Positions 16,570-24,372 of a stretch of 32,000 bases of DNA are shown here, one piece after another. Source of the stretch: Clostridiaceae bacterium (lineage in GTDB: Bacteria > Bacillota > Clostridia > DSM-8532); assembly GCA_012519655.1 (NCBI GenBank), contig JAAYPS010000065.1, positions 38,444 to 70,443 of the forward strand, given 5' to 3'. The translations under genes and the position numbers were made by a program. Position 1 is the first letter of the stretch. Each line of letters opens with the position of its first letter. Under the pieces are notes generated by a model. It was given only the letters and a program-made list of their open reading frames with translations. It ran no database searches and was not told the origin of the DNA.

Positions 16570-17406
16570 TCAAAAATACTCAGAAATGAGATTTGAAAGG
16601 GAAATAAACTGCTCCACCGACAGCTCTTCGCCCCTAGTTTGCTCTTTCAATTTGAGATTTACTAAAACATCTTTTATCAGTTGTTTATCCATTTGCAATG
16701 TGCTGCTCATGGAGTTTACTAAAGTCTTTCTGCGCTGTGAAAAAGCCGCTTTTACGCATTTGTGAAATATATTATAGTCTATAATTTGTTTTTTATAGTG
16801 TTGTGTAAGTATTATCCGTAAAACAGTTGAATCAACATCGGGTTTTGGTATAAAACAATTTCGTGACACATTGAACAATACTTTCGGTTCTCCAACTGCT
16901 TGTACACCCACAGATAGTGCACCATATTCCTTGGTTTTTGGCTTTGCTGCCATTCTAAGTGCCACTTCCTTCTGCACCATCAATACCATTAGCTCAATCG
17001 GTAAATTGCTTTCTAGAAACATCATTACAACTGGAGTTGTAATATAGTAAGGTAGATTAGAAATAACCTTAATCTGTCCCTGCCATCCACTAATTAATGA
17101 TAAAATATCTACTTTTAAAATGTCATCATTAATGATGGTTACATTTTTAAATTGTCCTGCTGTGTCTTGAAGTATGGGAATTAGATTTTTATCTATCTCG
17201 ATTGCTATTACCTTTCCTGCTTTTTGAGCAAGCGATACTGTTAATGCTCCGATGCCCGGACCAACTTCAATAACAAGATCATCTTTTGAGAGCATACCAG
17301 CGTCAGCAATTTTCCGGATAATATTAGCATCTGTTAGAAAATTCTGCCCCAAAGACTTTGTAAGGCGAATATTGTGTTTGGTTAATATTTCATTAGTGTT
17401 TATCAC
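16570..17406 (-). CDS. rsmA: 16S rRNA (adenine1518/1519-N6)-dimethyltransferase
   Basis: LGQNFL motif and VIEVGPGIGALT SAM-binding motif. Start moved to the GTG at 17406 (8 nt after the AGGGAG SD). The track GTG at 17415 overlaps that SD. Confidence 0.9.
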   Translation of the reverse strand: MINTNEILTKHNIRLTKSLGQNFLTDANIIRKIADAGMLSKDDLVIEVGPGIGALTVSLAQKAGKVIAIEIDKNLIPILQDTAGQFKNVTIINDDILKVDILSLISGWQGQIKVISNLPYYITTPVVMMFLESNLPIELMVLMVQKEVALRMAAKPKTKEYGALSVGVQAVGEPKVLFNVSRNCFIPKPDVDSTVLRIILTQHYKKQIIDYNIFHKCVKAAFSQRRKTLVNSMSSTLQMDKQLIKDVLVNLKLKEQTRGEELSVEQFISLSNLISEYF

Positions 17407-17430
17407 ACATGTCACTCCCTATTAGTACAT

Positions 17431-17461
17431 AAAAACTATACCGGAACATTACTGTTCCGGT
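17431..17461 (-). terminator. Rho-independent terminator downstream of the yabE-like gene
   Basis: Minus strand ACCGGAAC-agtaat-GTTCCGGT (8-bp stem) followed by ATAGTTTTTAT. Confidence 0.6.
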
Positions 17462-17487
17462 ACATACGCAAACTAATGATTCATTGC

Positions 17488-18624
17488 TTATTTAATATAA
17501 TCTGTCTTTTTCCATCTATCATCATTTTGCTCATTAAGAATATACACTCTAACTTTTTTAACTCCCCACTTGTATACAGCTTCGCTCGTATCTAGATATA
17601 TGTCAATCAGATCACCTTTAATTGCGCTCCCTATATCTCCAGCATAAGCAAAACCGTAATCAGGCGTGTCACCTAACACCTCTACATATACCTTTGTATG
17701 AAGGGGAATTACTTTCGGGTCGACTGCAATAATGCCTTCCCTTGCCTTCATACCAGTATAGCAAATACCGAACTCAGGATGATCCGGATGTTTTCCAGTA
17801 TCCTCGAAAGATGAAGTATATGCAGTGGCACGCATATTTAAAACTTTTGAATATCTGACAAGCTCACCACGGGAGGTTTGAAAATTTGGTACTGTACCGT
17901 ATTCAGTTTTTTCGGTTACAGGTTCTTCAAGTATTCTTTCATTTAAAAATTGGCGGGATGCAATAACTCCATCCTCGTATGTTAATTTATAGTTTTTTTC
18001 AAGTGTTCCTTCAATTCCAGCCTGAATAAGCTTCTTTTCTCCTTGGTTCATTTGTGTATTAGGGATTTCCTCGATCGCATATGGTATATCTTCCAACTCA
18101 GTTAATACTTCTTCTTTAACCCGAACAATGTCTATATTCATTCCTTCAACAATCGGCTCATCAAGCTCCATGCCCTCAACCCTATCAAGCGGTGCCAATA
18201 CTATTCCATTGTTCTTTATAGTTTCTCCCACTGTATCATAATATGTCATTACTTCGGTTGTTTTTCCTTCAACAGTGATATTAACAGGTACAGCCCGTTT
18301 AATTTGAATCTCTTGGGTAACATCATTTGATAACATAGCTGCAAGAGGTGAGCTAATGTAATCGTAGGATTCAACAGAAATACCTGCTTGTTCGAAGGCT
18401 GTTTCAATATCCTTCCCCATAGTTTTAATATTTATTTCGCTGTCTCCATCAACAACTTTAAGATCTTTCTTCAGCGTATCGTATATGTTATAGCCTACTG
18501 TGACTGATATTGCGATCATTGCTATCAGTATAAAAACATATACATGACGCTTAACAAAACCTGCTATTACCATGGTTATGTTTTGGCGAGGGGGTAGCTT
18601 GCGTTTCGCATTAAACTTTCCCAT
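17488..18624 (-). CDS. yabE: YabE-like cell-wall protein (N-terminal membrane anchor, DUF348 repeats, G5 domain, C-terminal 3D domain)
   Basis: The C-terminus ATAYTS...GIIAVDPKVIPLHTKVYVE...AGDIGSAIKGDLIDIYL is 3D-domain-like. A G5-like segment (IQAGIEGTLEKNYKLTYEDG) precedes it. Its position between tatD and ksgA matches Bacillus. Start ATG at 18624, behind the AAAGGAAG SD. Confidence 0.85.
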   Translation of the reverse strand: MGKFNAKRKLPPRQNITMVIAGFVKRHVYVFILIAMIAISVTVGYNIYDTLKKDLKVVDGDSEINIKTMGKDIETAFEQAGISVESYDYISSPLAAMLSNDVTQEIQIKRAVPVNITVEGKTTEVMTYYDTVGETIKNNGIVLAPLDRVEGMELDEPIVEGMNIDIVRVKEEVLTELEDIPYAIEEIPNTQMNQGEKKLIQAGIEGTLEKNYKLTYEDGVIASRQFLNERILEEPVTEKTEYGTVPNFQTSRGELVRYSKVLNMRATAYTSSFEDTGKHPDHPEFGICYTGMKAREGIIAVDPKVIPLHTKVYVEVLGDTPDYGFAYAGDIGSAIKGDLIDIYLDTSEAVYKWGVKKVRVYILNEQNDDRWKKTDYIK

Positions 18625-18654
18625 TATCAACTTCCTTTCATTTTCTACTGCAAA

Positions 18655-18815
18655 GATATTCCTCCTTATCTTTACAGGTTGAATCGGCTAGGGATCCGGG
18701 GCTTGTCAGTTTAACGGTTTCTCTCTATAATTATTACCGTCTTATACCGGATAATACCCCATACTTATAGGGTATTCCTAGGATTCATTTGCATTACCTC
18801 CCCATAGTAATCACA
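18655..18815 (-). ncRNA. Structured 5' leader; candidate c-di-AMP (ydaO/yuaA-type) riboswitch
   Basis: About 190-nt leader between a good promoter and the yabE-like start. It contains GGGGAGGUAA, UGAAUCCUAGGAAUACCC, GGGGUAUUAUCC and CCCCGGAUCCCUAGCCGAUUCAACCUGUAAAG. From memory these resemble the conserved ydaO core blocks (ACGGAGGAACC, GUAGGGAUACC, GGGGUnAAUC, ACCCGAAUCCGnCAGCUAACCUCGUAAGC). The order and pairing are not fully reconciled. Confidence 0.4.
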
Positions 18816-18824
18816 ATTCACACA

Positions 18825-18853
18825 ATAATAAACTATCACCCATGATTTGTCAA
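18825..18853 (-). promoter_or_regulatory. Sigma-A promoter upstream of the yabE-like leader
   Basis: Minus strand TTGACA-N17-TATTAT. Confidence 0.5.
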
Positions 18854-18947
18854 ATCAAATGCTGCATTATTTGTCTATAATAGGATTTTGGTATACATAA
18901 AGCAGTAGCTATTTCCCTCTTTTGGTACTACACTTTATACCCCACTT

Positions 18948-19694
18948 TTAATCTAAGCTATCACCTGCAAGAGATGTCTGAACATCTGATGTGTCGATAT
19001 TTTCCGAATTCACAGCGATTATAACCCATTGTCCTTGTCTTTCGCTATATGTAAAGTCTAATTTTATAATATTTACGCCTTGTTGCAAATATTCGTCATT
19101 TGCCTCTTCTTTTAAACTTACGCGAGCATGAATAAGGGCTCTGACGTTATAGTCGGTGGTTTGCTCTGGGATTATCTCAATTAATGCACTATTATCTTCT
19201 GCATCTAACTCTAACTGAATATCTTCTATATTTTGAACAAAATAATTAGTAAAAGATTTTGGTGTCCAACTATTTCCCCAGAATTTACAAAGTGTAGTTG
19301 ATTTAAGATATGCTTTATCGAACTGTTTTTCAGATATTGAACTAATCCAATCAATTGCTTCTGATTTAATGGGCTCAGGGTTAATTTTATCCTTCAGAGC
19401 TAAGATAAATTCTTTTTGCCAATCCATAACAAGTTGCTGTTCACGAGAGGTCTCTTCAAGTTCAATTATTTTTTTTTCGAGAGCTGCAATATCCTTTCTT
19501 AAAGCTTCGGATTGCTGATATAACTTGTTATTTTCTTCACTTAAATTCATATTAATGCGGCTTAAGGCATCAATACTAGCTTGGTTTGACTCTTTTAATG
19601 TAACAAGACTCTCTCTGTCCCATAGCAGATAATTAAGTGCAATAAAAACAAAAATAAACAATAGGGAAGTAATAATCACAACAAAACGTTTCAT
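18948..19694 (-). CDS. Uncharacterised membrane-anchored coiled-coil protein (248 aa)
   Basis: AGGAGGA SD 6 nt upstream of the ATG. N-terminal hydrophobic helix (FVVIITSLLFIFVFIALNYLLW), a heptad-like segment (NNKLYQQSEALRKDIAALEKKIIELEETSREQQ), then a C-terminal globular domain. Confidence 0.6.
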   Translation of the reverse strand: MKRFVVIITSLLFIFVFIALNYLLWDRESLVTLKESNQASIDALSRINMNLSEENNKLYQQSEALRKDIAALEKKIIELEETSREQQLVMDWQKEFILALKDKINPEPIKSEAIDWISSISEKQFDKAYLKSTTLCKFWGNSWTPKSFTNYFVQNIEDIQLELDAEDNSALIEIIPEQTTDYNVRALIHARVSLKEEANDEYLQQGVNIIKLDFTYSERQGQWVIIAVNSENIDTSDVQTSLAGDSLD

Positions 19695-19742
19695 ATTCCA
19701 TCCTCCTGTCGAACTATAAAGATAAAACGAAATAAACAGGGG

Positions 19743-20513
19743 TCATAGGTTGAGTCCGAATAGTCTGTTCGCATTTTGGGTGGTATTCATAGCTATATCA
19801 TTAAAATCTGTATTTCGAATTTCCGAAATCTTTTGAATAATCTCACTTAAATACCCTGAATCATTTCTTTTACCCCTATAAGGTACTGGTGCCATATATG
19901 GACTATCTGTTTCAACAAGAAGCCTATCTATAGGTACATACTTTGCTACATCAACAGGTCTCTTAGCATTTTTAAACGTCACAGCTCCACCTAATGCAAT
20001 ATAAAAACCCATATCAAGTACTTCTTTTGCCATTTCAACACTTCCTGTAAAGCAATGGAAGACACCACCTGCATTATATCCTTTTTCAGCCTTAATAATA
20101 TCTAATATATCTTTATGTGATTCTCTATTATGAATAATCAGTGGAAGTTCTAACTGTAACGCTAATTGAATATGGGCAGCGAAACATTGTTTCTGTACAT
20201 CTCTTGGAGAAAAGTCATAATGGTAATCCAGCCCAATTTCTCCTATAGCAACAACTTTTTTATGTTCTGCCATCTTTCGAATTATTTCCAGGCTTTGTTG
20301 AGAATATTCCTGTGAATCATGAGGATGAATACCTACAGCACAATACACAAAATCATATGCTTCGGATAATTCGATACACTTTCGGGCAGAGCTTAAATTG
20401 CTTGCCGGATTTACAACACGCACTATGTCTTGCTCCTGTATTCGTTTTAGTACATCTGCCCTATCTGTATCAAACTGCTCATCATCGTAATGGGCATGAG
20501 AATCAACTATCAT
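19743..20513 (-). CDS. tatD: TatD-family metal-dependent hydrolase/DNase
   Basis: DSHAHYD N-terminal metal motif, GEIGLDYHY, HNRE, and ETDSPYMAP at the C-terminus. Lies directly downstream of metG, as in Bacillus (yabD). Confidence 0.9.
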   Translation of the reverse strand: MIVDSHAHYDDEQFDTDRADVLKRIQEQDIVRVVNPASNLSSARKCIELSEAYDFVYCAVGIHPHDSQEYSQQSLEIIRKMAEHKKVVAIGEIGLDYHYDFSPRDVQKQCFAAHIQLALQLELPLIIHNRESHKDILDIIKAEKGYNAGGVFHCFTGSVEMAKEVLDMGFYIALGGAVTFKNAKRPVDVAKYVPIDRLLVETDSPYMAPVPYRGKRNDSGYLSEIIQKISEIRNTDFNDIAMNTTQNANRLFGLNL

Positions 20514-20546
20514 TCTTTCTCCTCATTTGCGTAAAAATTCTTTGTG

Positions 20547-22481
20547 TTAACTCAACTTAGTGCCAACAGGAATATCCTTATCTATAGTAGCTAAAACCAG
20601 TTGGTTTTCATTGCTGGCAGCTAGAATCATACCTTGCGATTCAATCCCCATCAACTTAGCTGGTTTCAAATTTGCTATCATTATGACCTTTTTGCCTACC
20701 AACTCATCAGGGGTATAATATTTTGCAATGCCTGATACAACCTGGCGGGTTTCAATACCAATGTCCAACTGCAATTTAAGAAGTTTACTAGACTTTTTCA
20801 CCTTTTCACATGAAATGACCTTGGCAACCCTTAGGTCCAGCTTAGCAAAATCATCTATCGAAACTTGTGATAATATCCCCGGTAAATCATTACTTTCATC
20901 ATCTTGAGTATCTGTGTTCATTTTTTCAAGCTCAGCTAATTCCTTTTCAAGGTCAATCCTTGGAAATAGAGGATCTTTTTCAACCACTTTTGCATTTGCT
21001 GCATATTTGCCCCATGTCTTAGTGCTATCCCAGCTTCTGCAGCTCTCGCAAATGTTGAACTGCTCCCATATTTTCTCAGGGGTATTGGGCATAAAAGGCT
21101 GAATTAAGATAGAGATAATCCTTATACTCTCTGTAAGGTTATATAACACCTGAGCTAAGCGAGGTTTGCTATTTTCATCCCTTGCAAGAATCCATGGTGT
21201 GGTTTCATCAATATACTTATTTGTGCGTGACACAGCCTTCCAAATCTCCTGTAAAGCTGTGCTGAATTGAAGCTGGTTCAACAAGTTTTCTACGCTCTCG
21301 GGAGTTTTAATAATGGTATTAATTAACTCATTGTCAATCTCATCACTTTGTCTTTCCTGTGGAATAACACCATCAAAGTATTTTCGAATCATTGCTGCTG
21401 TTCTGCTTACCAAGTTCCCTAAATCATTGGCAAGATCGGAATTGATACGATTTATCAAAGCTTCGTTGGAAAATACACCGTCAGAGCCGAAAGGAACTTC
21501 TCTTAGCAGAAAATATCTAATTGCGTCCAAACCATATTTTTCAACAAGCACTACAGGATCAACCACATTACCTTTTGATTTGGACATTTTTCCACCTTCT
21601 AATATAAGCCAACCATGGCCATATACTTGTTTAGGTAATGGTAGATCAAGAGCCATTAACATTACAGGCCAAATAATGGTATGGAAACGCACTATTTCTT
21701 TGCCCACAAGGTGGACATCAGCTGGCCAGTATTTTTTGTAATCATCATCGTTGTCAGATAAATATCCCAATGCAGTAATATAATTTGACAGTGCATCAAT
21801 CCATACATAAACAACATGATTTTCATCAAATGTTACAGGTACACCCCAATTAAAAGATGTCCGCGACACACATAGATCTTCAAGACCAGGTTTTATAAAA
21901 TTGTTAATCATCTCGTTCTTTCGTGATATGGGCTGAATAAAATCTGGATGCTCTTCATAATACTTAATGAGACGATCCTGATATTTCGAAAGCTTGAAAA
22001 AGTAGCTTTCTTCTTGAGTTAATTCTACATCACGACCACAATCGGGGCACTTTCCATTCTTAAGCTGAGTCTCGGTCCAGAAGGACTCACATGGCGTACA
22101 ATACCATCCCTCATATTTACTTTTATATATATCGCCTTTATCATATAATTTTTTGAAGATTTTCTGTACAGCAGCTACATGCTCTTGATCGGTAGTACGA
22201 ATAAACTTGTCATTTGTAATCTTCATCAAAGCCCATAAATCCTTTATACCATCAACAATATGGTCAACATATTGCTTAGGGGATACGCATTCTTCCTTAG
22301 CTATCCTCTCTATTTTTTGACCATGTTCGTCTGTACCAGTTAAGAACATTACATCATATCCTTGAAGTCTTTTATATCTGGCCATAACATCAGCTGCTAC
22401 TGTTGTATATGAATGACCTATATGAAGCTTTCCGCTCGGGTAATAGATTGGTGTTGTAATGTAATATTTTTTACTATTCAC
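20547..22481 (-). CDS. metG: Methionine--tRNA ligase with C-terminal tRNA-binding (Trbp111/EMAP-like) domain
   Basis: HIGH-type motif (LHIGHSYT), KMSKSKGN, zinc knuckle (CTPCESF...CPDCGRD), and a C-terminal DLRVAKV...GIESQGMILAA domain. GTG start 8 nt after a GGAGGA SD. Confidence 0.95.
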   Translation of the reverse strand: MNSKKYYITTPIYYPSGKLHIGHSYTTVAADVMARYKRLQGYDVMFLTGTDEHGQKIERIAKEECVSPKQYVDHIVDGIKDLWALMKITNDKFIRTTDQEHVAAVQKIFKKLYDKGDIYKSKYEGWYCTPCESFWTETQLKNGKCPDCGRDVELTQEESYFFKLSKYQDRLIKYYEEHPDFIQPISRKNEMINNFIKPGLEDLCVSRTSFNWGVPVTFDENHVVYVWIDALSNYITALGYLSDNDDDYKKYWPADVHLVGKEIVRFHTIIWPVMLMALDLPLPKQVYGHGWLILEGGKMSKSKGNVVDPVVLVEKYGLDAIRYFLLREVPFGSDGVFSNEALINRINSDLANDLGNLVSRTAAMIRKYFDGVIPQERQSDEIDNELINTIIKTPESVENLLNQLQFSTALQEIWKAVSRTNKYIDETTPWILARDENSKPRLAQVLYNLTESIRIISILIQPFMPNTPEKIWEQFNICESCRSWDSTKTWGKYAANAKVVEKDPLFPRIDLEKELAELEKMNTDTQDDESNDLPGILSQVSIDDFAKLDLRVAKVISCEKVKKSSKLLKLQLDIGIETRQVVSGIAKYYTPDELVGKKVIMIANLKPAKLMGIESQGMILAASNENQLVLATIDKDIPVGTKLS

Positions 22482-22977
22482 TCTCAGAATCCTCCGATTT
22501 CTCGGCCATTTTGCACGTCTTTGTGCACTAAATGCCTGTAAATTTACTAATCATTTATAGCTCTAATCATTAATAAGCTTATATTTGTATGTATTCATTT
22601 AATGTTTCACGTCTTTGCAACAAATTTTTATAACTTTCATTATATGCTTCTATTTGTATGTGCTCATTTATTCTTTTCATTATCAGCTTTGTATGCAGGG
22701 TTATGAGCACCTACTTTTTAATATTTTTCTTTTGCGAATTTGAACTTCTGCCACTTGTCTTCTTTCGCTCTTTTACTTGTTTTGCGCTGTTACTCTTATG
22801 CTTAATTAGCCTAATTGCCTTAAAAAGTATCTTTTATGTATTATACTATCTTAATCCATTATTTTTTTCAAGACAAGGTTTTACTGCTAAAAGCCTAAGA
22901 ATTCTGTTGTGCATTTAAGCAAAATAATATATTCTATAGGTATTAATGCTGCATTTGTTGGGATTAGTAACATTCAG

Positions 22978-23057
22978 AACACAAAAGAACCGTCCCCCTG
23001 TGTTAAATAACACAAAAGAACCGTCCCTCTGTGTTGAAGAAGTCCCTCTGTGTTGAA
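22978..23057 (+). repeat. Tandem direct repeat (2 full 27-nt units at 31-bp period plus a partial third), each unit an internal hairpin
   Basis: AACACAAAAGAACCGTCCCCCTGTGTT (22978-23004), AACACAAAAGAACCGTCCCTCTGTGTT (23009-23035) and aagaaGTCCCTCTGTGTTgaa (23037-23057). AACACA and TGTGTT form 6-bp inverted arms. The array ends 15 nt before the ispF ATG. Confidence 0.8.
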
Positions 23058-23072
23058 AGGAATGTATAGATT

Positions 23073-23543
23073 ATGATAAAGGTTGCAATTGGGCAAGATA
23101 GCCATAGATTTGATTTTGAAGACTTGGAGAAAAAGCTTGTTCTGGGTGGAATATTTTTCGAAGGAGCACCGCTTGCTGGAAACAGCGATGCTGATGTTGT
23201 ACTTCATGCACTTGCCAATGCAATTTCTGGTATAACCGGTGTTAACATTCTTGGCGAAATTGCGGATAAGATGTGCTTAATAGAAGGCATTACAGACAGC
23301 AGTGCATACGTTAAAGAAGCTATGAAATATTTTACTGGGAGTATCAATCATGTATCGTTTTCGATAGAATGCTTAAAACCAAAAATTAGTCCCAAAATAT
23401 CAGAGATGAAAAAAAGCATTGCAAATTTACTTAGCATAAGCGAAAATAATATTGGTATAACAGCTACAACGGGCGAGGGCTTGACTGACTTTGGAAAGGG
23501 CCTTGGCATTCAGTGCTTTTGCATCTTAACCGCCTCAGTATAA
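23073..23543 (+). CDS. ispF: 2-C-methyl-D-erythritol 2,4-cyclodiphosphate synthase
   Basis: GQDSHRF (the DxH zinc ligands), SDADVVLHAL (third His), and a C-terminal TTGEGLTDFGKGLGI. 156 aa, the typical size. Confidence 0.85.
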   Translation: MIKVAIGQDSHRFDFEDLEKKLVLGGIFFEGAPLAGNSDADVVLHALANAISGITGVNILGEIADKMCLIEGITDSSAYVKEAMKYFTGSINHVSFSIECLKPKISPKISEMKKSIANLLSISENNIGITATTGEGLTDFGKGLGIQCFCILTASV

Positions 23544-23661
23544 ATGGAGCTCACAAATCCTATGTCGTCAAAGGATATGTTTAAATAATAAGACAAAAGC
23601 AACAGCTTTATATAAAACCAGAAAAAATGCTTAACGAGAAACGAGAGAAAGGCTGATAGTT

Positions 23662-24369
23662 ATGCTGAGAATTGAACATCTAACTAAGAAATATGGAGAT
23701 AAAACAGCAGTTGACAATTTATCTTTACACATTCAGAAAGGGATGATCTACGGTTTTATAGGACATAATGGTGCAGGAAAGACAACCACAATAAAAGCCT
23801 GCTGTGGCATCTTACAGTTCGATGAGGGCGATATCTATATTGACGGTGATTCGATAAAGAGTGAACCACTTATATGTAAGAGCAAAATAGCTTATATCCC
23901 CGACAATCCATATTTATATGAATTTCTTTCGGGTATTAATTACCTCAATTTCATTGCTGATATTTTTGCTGTGCCACAAACAGAGCGTGAAGAAAGAATA
24001 AAAAAATATAGTGATTTATTGCAGCTAACCGACGACCTTGCACAACCTATTTCAACATACTCACATGGTATGAAACAAAAGCTAGTGATAATATCAGCAC
24101 TTATTCATGAGCCAAAGCTATTAATCATGGATGAACCCTTTGTTGGCCTCGATCCTAAAGCCACTCATCAACTAAAGACTCTTATGCGCAACATATGTGA
24201 CAATGGTGGAGCTATATTCTTTTCCACCCATGTTCTTGAGGTAGCAGAAAAACTCTGCGATGAAGTTGCTATCATTAAAAATGGTAAACTCGTTATCTCG
24301 GGTAGCATGGAAGAAGTTAAGGGAAATGACTCTCTTGAGGATGTTTTCCTTGAGTTGGAGGTGGATTAG
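23662..24369 (+). CDS. ABC transporter ATP-binding protein
   Basis: Walker A GHNGAGKTT, signature YSHGMKQKL, Walker B LLIMDEPF, H-loop STHVL. Confidence 0.9.
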   Translation: MLRIEHLTKKYGDKTAVDNLSLHIQKGMIYGFIGHNGAGKTTTIKACCGILQFDEGDIYIDGDSIKSEPLICKSKIAYIPDNPYLYEFLSGINYLNFIADIFAVPQTEREERIKKYSDLLQLTDDLAQPISTYSHGMKQKLVIISALIHEPKLLIMDEPFVGLDPKATHQLKTLMRNICDNGGAIFFSTHVLEVAEKLCDEVAIIKNGKLVISGSMEEVKGNDSLEDVFLELEVD

Positions 24370-24372
24370 AGC

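Noticed and set aside
22579-22680. 33-codon minus-strand sORF MKRINEHIQIEAYNESYKNLLQRRETLNEYIQI upstream of metG, spanning the 29-nt direct repeat.
   Set aside because: There is no SD upstream of the ATG, and the reading frame may be a by-product of the repeat. It is mentioned only in case ribosome profiling exists.
22482-22700. Expected a Met T-box leader upstream of metG.
   Set aside because: I could not find the conserved T-box 14-mer (AAnnnGGGUGGnACCGCG-like), an AGAGA/GA motif, or a terminator/antiterminator pair on the minus strand.
22658-22918. 86-aa + strand ORF in the metG-ispF spacer; likewise 22974..23207 (-), 30690..30872 (+), 31410..31742 (-), 586..903 (+), 7902..8138 (+) and 25908..26171 (+).
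   Set aside because: - They are Phe/Leu/Ile-rich products of T-rich DNA, or shadows of real genes.
- They have no SD and no recognisable domain.
- 22974..23207 is generated by the tandem repeat and overlaps ispF.
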